From an uncultured Lachnospiraceae bacterium (GTDB lineage: Bacteria > Bacillota > Clostridia > Oscillospirales > CAG-272), in NCBI GenBank assembly GCA_964583425.1, contig CAZOWH010000001.1, positions 1-29,077 on the forward strand: 29,077 bases of DNA, in the 5' to 3' direction. Within the stretch, counting starts at the first letter, position 1; each line of letters starts with the position of its first letter. Positions 24,189 to 29,077 of this stretch are shown piece after piece. Under the pieces are notes generated by a model, which made no database searches, was not told where the DNA came from, and saw only the letters and a list, made by a program, of their open reading frames with translations. Both the position numbers and the translations under genes were made by a program.

Positions 24189-24947
24189 TTAAACGCCGTC
24201 GGCTTCATCCAACGTGTGAAGATAATCTATGCAACGCTTTACCTCAGCGGGACCCGTGGGCTCTAAGCCTTCACTTTCCACAACCACAGTCAAGCCCATC
24301 TCAATCGCTTTCTTGCGCACCTCGGTAATGGGAGCACAACCGCTTCCGAGCGACTTGCCCACCGCGCGGCTTGCGGAGTCGGCAGGATCGGCGGGAATGC
24401 CGTCCATAAGATGGATAAGCTGCATGCGGTCTCGATACTGCTCCATAACATCAAGCGGCTGCAAGCCCGCGTTGAAAGCCCAGAAGGTATCGATCTCAAA
24501 TAAGATCGCTGTACGCTTGGCAAGCTCATCCTGTGCGATCAGCCCATCCTGATTGGGCAAAAACTCGCCCGAATGATTGTGGTAATGGAGCTTCATGCCC
24601 TCCGCCTCAAGCACAGGCTGAAAGCGGTTGATGCAGGCAACTGTATAGTCGATATCCTCTTTGATGGAAAAGGGGGCACTCGGCAAAATAATGTTTTGGC
24701 AGCCAACCCTTTTGTGGTAATCCAATGTCTCCTCAAAATGCGTAAAGAGATCGCGGTAGCCGGTGTGCGTGCTGCAGATCTTAAGTCCGTAATGATCAAG
24801 CATTGACCTTACCTCTTCGGCGGGATGGTTAAAAAAGCCTGCAATTTCTACCATATCATAGCCCATTTCGGCAACCTGCCTCAGGGCCTGCTCAAAGCTT
24901 TCCTTCGCAAGATCGCGCACACTATATAGCTGCAATCCGTATTTCAT
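24189..24947 (-). CDS. Sugar phosphate isomerase/epimerase (IolE/xylose-isomerase-like TIM barrel)
   Basis: Motifs GLQLYSVR, GY-x-x-VE-x-AG, YHNH-x-x-EF, FEIDTFW, H-L-x-D and VE-x-E. Start at ATG 24947 behind GGAGG. Confidence 0.88.
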   Translation of the reverse strand: MKYGLQLYSVRDLAKESFEQALRQVAEMGYDMVEIAGFFNHPAEEVRSMLDHYGLKICSTHTGYRDLFTHFEETLDYHKRVGCQNIILPSAPFSIKEDIDYTVACINRFQPVLEAEGMKLHYHNHSGEFLPNQDGLIAQDELAKRTAILFEIDTFWAFNAGLQPLDVMEQYRDRMQLIHLMDGIPADPADSASRAVGKSLGSGCAPITEVRKKAIEMGLTVVVESEGLEPTGPAEVKRCIDYLHTLDEADGV

Positions 24948-24982
24948 AGCAATTCCCTCCGAAAGCACTGTGAAATCTTAAA

Positions 24983-26398
24983 TTAAATCTGTCTTGAAAC
25001 CTTTGTCACATTTAGGAGAGTAGAGCCCTTACTGATGGGACCCTTCAGCTGTCGGTCACGCGCACGTGCGATAAAATCAATGATCTTACCGTTCGGCAGG
25101 AGCGCAGGCTTTTGACCAAAGAAGCGCTGGCGGAAGCTTTCGCTCTGCTCTACCTGCACCTCGATCAGTGCCTTGGGTGCATCGCACATGGCGTAGGTAC
25201 GCATGGCAACGCCCTCACCCTGACAAATTCTCTGCATCGGCACAAAATAGTTTTTGAGCAGGAACTGTGCATAGTTGACAAGACGCAGCTTGCCGTAGCA
25301 ACGATATTCTCTGCCATATTCGGCGCCGGTTGCCTCCACGGCAAGCGAAAGACCGTTTTTCACTGCATCAATAATAGCCTCGTTGCTGTTTTCGGTGGCA
25401 AAGCAGATGGTAAAATAATTGCCGAAGGGCTCTTTTTCAACGGCATGCACGTCACTGGAGCCCACCACGGGAATCTTACATCCCTCAGCACGCATCTCGT
25501 TCCAAAAAGCAAGAGAACGGTTATTGCCCACACGACCGATACCGCCCATCAGCTCGTACGCATCAAACATACCGCTTTTGATCAGGATCTCGGCAAGCTC
25601 CTCGCAAACGTTGCTCGTCATGCTCTTTTCGGGCTTCCAATAGGGATGCGCGAAAATGGCAATACCGCCCGCCTTGTGAATATGATCCACTGCCCACAGG
25701 CACTTGGCATAGCGATCGTGATACTGCTTGGGCACATTTTCGGGAATTTTATCAAAATAGGGTGCAAGCTCCGCAAAGAAGCCCTCATGATTATTGACAT
25801 AGCGCTCACAAACGCTGGTGTTGCCGCCTACATGCACAATATGTACCACGCTGCCAAGGGCATGCACCTCCTCGCCCTTCACGCGGGTAATGCCAAGCCT
25901 TACGCCCTCGTACACCTCATCGATCTCAGCGCCCGGATAATAGCGGTTATGGTCGGTGAGTGCAAAGAAATCGTAGCCTTGCTCACGGTAATGACCCGCA
26001 AGTGCAGCGGGATCGCGCTTGCCGTCGGAGCGGAAGCTGTGACCATGCAGGTCTCCCTTTAAGGGGCGAAGGGGGTAAAGATCGCTTTCCAGCGCATACG
26101 CGGCAAAGCGCTGCATTTCCTTTTCATTATACTTAAGAACAAAGGTGTATTCCTGCTCTTTTTCATAGGTATAGGAAAAACGCAGCACGCCATCCTTGGC
26201 AACCAAGGTCAGATGCTCGTGGTGTGCGGGGGAGCTGTAGGCTTCCTCATCCGCAGCGGTAGGAACGATCACAAGCTCATATGTCTCACCCTCATAGAGC
26301 AAAAAGGAGCGCTCGAGGGGGGCAATAATCATTTCAACTTCCTTTTTTACAGGAACGACCGAGGGATAAATTTGTAAGTTGCAGGGCGTAGGAAACAT
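24983..26398 (-). CDS. PHP-domain metallo-phosphoesterase/hydrolase with an N-terminal beta-rich domain
   Basis: Motifs KGDLHGHS-x-x-SDG, GYDFFALTDHN, GEE, AHPYW and GSSD-x-H. RBS AAGGAG. Confidence 0.85.
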   Translation of the reverse strand: MFPTPCNLQIYPSVVPVKKEVEMIIAPLERSFLLYEGETYELVIVPTAADEEAYSSPAHHEHLTLVAKDGVLRFSYTYEKEQEYTFVLKYNEKEMQRFAAYALESDLYPLRPLKGDLHGHSFRSDGKRDPAALAGHYREQGYDFFALTDHNRYYPGAEIDEVYEGVRLGITRVKGEEVHALGSVVHIVHVGGNTSVCERYVNNHEGFFAELAPYFDKIPENVPKQYHDRYAKCLWAVDHIHKAGGIAIFAHPYWKPEKSMTSNVCEELAEILIKSGMFDAYELMGGIGRVGNNRSLAFWNEMRAEGCKIPVVGSSDVHAVEKEPFGNYFTICFATENSNEAIIDAVKNGLSLAVEATGAEYGREYRCYGKLRLVNYAQFLLKNYFVPMQRICQGEGVAMRTYAMCDAPKALIEVQVEQSESFRQRFFGQKPALLPNGKIIDFIARARDRQLKGPISKGSTLLNVTKVSRQI

Positions 26399-26442
26399 GT
26401 TTTTCTCCTTTATTGGCTATTGTAATCGCGAGTTGGCAATAT

Positions 26443-27753
26443 TTATTTGCCGCCTCCTATTAAATGGTTGATAAACTGCTGTGCGGTGCGACCGGAAATG
26501 CCGCCGTGTCGTAGCTCCCAACGGTTGGCAAGTAAACGGAGCTGCTCCTGTGGCATGACGATTCCGTGACGCACGGCAAGCTCCTCCACAATGGCATAAT
26601 ACTCGTCTCTTGTGGGCTTTGAGTAGTTGATGGCAACACCAAAGCGGGTGGCAAGCGAGAGCTTTTCCTCCATGGTATCGGAGTGGTGAACATCCTGATC
26701 TGTGATCTGTACATCATTGCGATCCCCCCATGTTTCGCGAATGAGGTGACGGCGGTTTGAGGTTGCGTAGATGAGTACATTATCGGGCTTGGTCTCTACC
26801 CCGCCCTCGATCACTGCCTTGAGGAACTTGTATTCGATCTCAAACTCCTCAAAGGAAAGATCGTCCATGTAAATAATAAACTTATAATTGCGGTTTTTGA
26901 TCTGCGCAATGACCTGTGAGAGATCCTGAAACTGATGCTTGTAGATCTCGATCATACGAAGACCACGCGGGTAAAACTCGTTGACAATCGCCTTAATGCT
27001 GGTAGACTTGCCCGTGCCGCTGTCACCGTAAAGCAGCACATTGTTGGCACGCTTGCCCGAAACAAAAGCCTCGGTATTTTCCACCAGCTGCTGCTTTTGC
27101 TGCTCGTAGCCGACAAGATCGGCAAGCATGACCCTTTCCATATTGCTGATCGGCTGAAAGATCACGCGGTGATCGGTGCCGCTTTGCACACGAAACGCCT
27201 TGTTAAGACCAAACTGCCCAACGCCAAATGCACCGTAAAACGCGGTCACACGCGAGAAAAATTCCTCGGTGGTGGTAGCGGCAGCAAGCTCCGCGGAGAG
27301 CGCCTGCACCTTTTCACTCACGCTCCTGTTATACATAAGCTCGGGCTTTTCAATGGCACGGTAGTCGGTAAGGCAAGAAAAGCAATCAATGCCAAGCTTT
27401 TGCTCAAGCGGTGCAAAATCATAATGAAAGAGCCTTAAGAAAGCCGCAAAATCGTTTTTGGCAAAATGATTGACGCTTCCCTCACGCACACCCATTTTCT
27501 CACAGGTCAGCGTAAAAGGGTTTTCATCGGTCATCAGCAAAAAGGTGAGATAATTCTGCCAAAGATTATGGTCAAAGCCAAAATCGGTGGCAAGCACAAG
27601 CAGGCGCTTGACCTGACGGTACACCCGCCCTACAAGCTCCTCCTTGTCAAAATCCTCTTCTCGCACGCAACGGCAAATAGCGGCAAGCTCCATTAAAATG
27701 CTGTCGCGCGGCATATCGCCGTAAATAAGAAGCTCTGATACGATCTTATCCAT
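26443..27753 (-). CDS. DUF815-type AAA+ ATPase
   Basis: L-x-GY-x-x-QK-x-x-L-x-x-NT-x-x-F, Walker A G-x-x-GTGKS, Walker B-like YMDDLSFE, YATSNRRHL, EEKLSL-x-x-RFG and SGRTA-x-QF. The start could be ATG 27753 or TTG 27783. Confidence 0.9.
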   Translation of the reverse strand: MDKIVSELLIYGDMPRDSILMELAAICRCVREEDFDKEELVGRVYRQVKRLLVLATDFGFDHNLWQNYLTFLLMTDENPFTLTCEKMGVREGSVNHFAKNDFAAFLRLFHYDFAPLEQKLGIDCFSCLTDYRAIEKPELMYNRSVSEKVQALSAELAAATTTEEFFSRVTAFYGAFGVGQFGLNKAFRVQSGTDHRVIFQPISNMERVMLADLVGYEQQKQQLVENTEAFVSGKRANNVLLYGDSGTGKSTSIKAIVNEFYPRGLRMIEIYKHQFQDLSQVIAQIKNRNYKFIIYMDDLSFEEFEIEYKFLKAVIEGGVETKPDNVLIYATSNRRHLIRETWGDRNDVQITDQDVHHSDTMEEKLSLATRFGVAINYSKPTRDEYYAIVEELAVRHGIVMPQEQLRLLANRWELRHGGISGRTAQQFINHLIGGGK

Positions 27754-27758
27754 AAGGC

Positions 27759-28850
27759 TTAATATTTCTTCTTGGTATCGCAATAAATACAGCGGCAGAT
27801 ACGGTTTTCGGGGCTAACCACACGGAATACCTGCTTCAGCTCCTGCTCGGTGGTGGTGATGCAGCGCGGGTTATCGCACTTGAAATCGTAAAGATAAGTG
27901 TCACCATCCGCCTTGATCTCGCTTACGCCGCTTCCCTCTGCCTCTCGCAGAAGCTTGAGGATCAGTGCCATACGCATATACTTACCGTTCTTTACCTGCT
28001 TGAAGTAGCAGGCACGCGGATCGGCATCCACAGCCACGCTGATCTCGTTTACGCGAGGTAGCGGGTGCAGAATAATGAGATCCTTTTTGGCTGTTGCCAG
28101 CTTTTCAGGATTGATGATGTAGGCATCACGCAGGCGCAGATATTCGTCAATATCTGTAAAGCGCTCCTGCTGCACGCGTGTCATATAAAGAATATCCAGC
28201 GTGGGCATAACCGATTCAAGATCGGTTGTCTCGGTATAGGTAAAGCCCTTGCCTGCGGGAATTTCGTTTTTGACGTAGCCCGGCAGCTTCAGCTCATCGG
28301 GCGAGATCATTACAAAATTGATGTTCTCGTAGCGACAAAGCGCAGTGATGAGCGAGTGCACAGTGCGACCAAACTTCAGGTCACCGCAAAAGCCGACGGT
28401 AAGCCCCGAGAACTTGCCCTTTTCACGCTTGATGGTCAAAAGGTCGGCAAGCGTTTGGGTGGGATGGTGATGTCCGCCGTCACCTGCATTGATCACGGGA
28501 ATGCCCGCATTGTTGGCGGCAACCAAAGGCGCGCCCTCCTTGGGATGGCGCATGGCAATAATATCGGCATAGCAGCTGATAACCTTTGCGGTATCGGCTA
28601 CGCTTTCGCCCTTGCTCGCAGAGGTGCTGCTGGCAGAGGAAAAGCCGATCACATTACCGCCCAGCTCATACATTGCCGCTTCAAACGAAAGGCGGGTACG
28701 GGTGGAGGGCTCAAAAAAGAGCGTAGCCAACTTTTTGCCGCGGCAGACCTCGGCATATTTGGCGGGATTGGCAATGATATCCTCCGCCACAGCGAGTAAT
28801 TCATCAACCTCCGTTACCGAAAGATCGAGAATATCAACTACACTTTTCAT
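27759..28850 (-). CDS. pyrB: Aspartate carbamoyltransferase catalytic chain fused to a C-terminal PyrI-type zinc-binding domain
   Basis: Motifs [21 protein letters not shown]-x-GRT, YMTRVQ and HPLPR. The tail carries C-x-N-x-x-C-I-T...C-x-Y-C. Confidence 0.95.
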   Translation of the reverse strand: MKSVVDILDLSVTEVDELLAVAEDIIANPAKYAEVCRGKKLATLFFEPSTRTRLSFEAAMYELGGNVIGFSSASSTSASKGESVADTAKVISCYADIIAMRHPKEGAPLVAANNAGIPVINAGDGGHHHPTQTLADLLTIKREKGKFSGLTVGFCGDLKFGRTVHSLITALCRYENINFVMISPDELKLPGYVKNEIPAGKGFTYTETTDLESVMPTLDILYMTRVQQERFTDIDEYLRLRDAYIINPEKLATAKKDLIILHPLPRVNEISVAVDADPRACYFKQVKNGKYMRMALILKLLREAEGSGVSEIKADGDTYLYDFKCDNPRCITTTEQELKQVFRVVSPENRICRCIYCDTKKKY

Positions 28851-28886
28851 GTTTTATCCTTTCCTTTTGGCAAATTATGTTCTGTC

Positions 28887-29077
28887 TTATTGACGCGCAG
28901 CGCCGTTGATGGCAAGATAGTTTTTGATGCGCGTCACGTTTTCTTCGTTCTTGGGATCTTCCTCAAGATATTCGATGATATCGTAAACATCAACGATGGA
29001 ATACACGGGGAAACCGAACTGCTCCTCGATCTCCTGCATAGCACCCTTTTCGCCCTGTCCCTTTTCCTTGCGGTCTA
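28887..29077 (-). CDS. pyrE: Orotate phosphoribosyltransferase, C-terminal part (runs off window end)
   Basis: Manual translation DRKEKGQGEKGAMQEIEEQFGFPVYSIVDVYDIIEYL...* matches the PyrE DR-x-E-x-G...A-x-x-E...G-x-x-V-x-SI tail. Lies directly upstream of pyrB. Confidence 0.85.
   Translation of the reverse strand, partial: DRKEKGQGEKGAMQEIEEQFGFPVYSIVDVYDIIEYLEEDPKNEENVTRIKNYLAINGAARQ

Noticed and set aside
25112..26062. 316 aa plus-strand ORF, also 20696-21574 and 28065-28799
   Set aside because: Antisense shadows of the PHP hydrolase, polA and pyrB.

Overview
This is a mostly housekeeping chromosomal segment from an endospore-forming Clostridia-type Bacillota genome, judged from spoIIID, a cwlD-like amidase, a Cys-rich coat/exosporium-type protein, GGAGG ribosome-binding sites and many near-consensus sigma-A promoters. 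Gene order: lepB (partial), apgM, a degenerate flavodoxin-fold protein, a ~950 bp AT-rich gap, spoIIID, a TrmH methyltransferase, purA, a REP-like-repeat-flanked remnant of a coiled-coil/BspA-LRR lipoprotein, rhaD-rhaA with a divergent AraC regulator, the Cys-rich spore protein, comEC, acpP, cwlD, radA, an MBL hydrolase, a DUF6440-like protein, malQ, polA, a membrane protein/SGNH/DUF4358-like trio, an IolE-like TIM barrel, a PHP hydrolase, a DUF815 ATPase, pyrB fused to a PyrI zinc domain, and pyrE (partial). I saw no rRNA, tRNA, CRISPR array, integrase, transposase or reverse transcriptase. The least explained region is ~2300-2950. It holds a 66 bp dyad, a 10-codon ORF behind a perfect Shine-Dalgarno, and a ~40 bp-periodic array of AAAA(A)TTTT(T) palindromes inside degenerate ~82-93 bp repeats. 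The second is the rearranged surface-lipoprotein locus at ~5700-7310. All family assignments come from reading motifs by eye; no searches were run.
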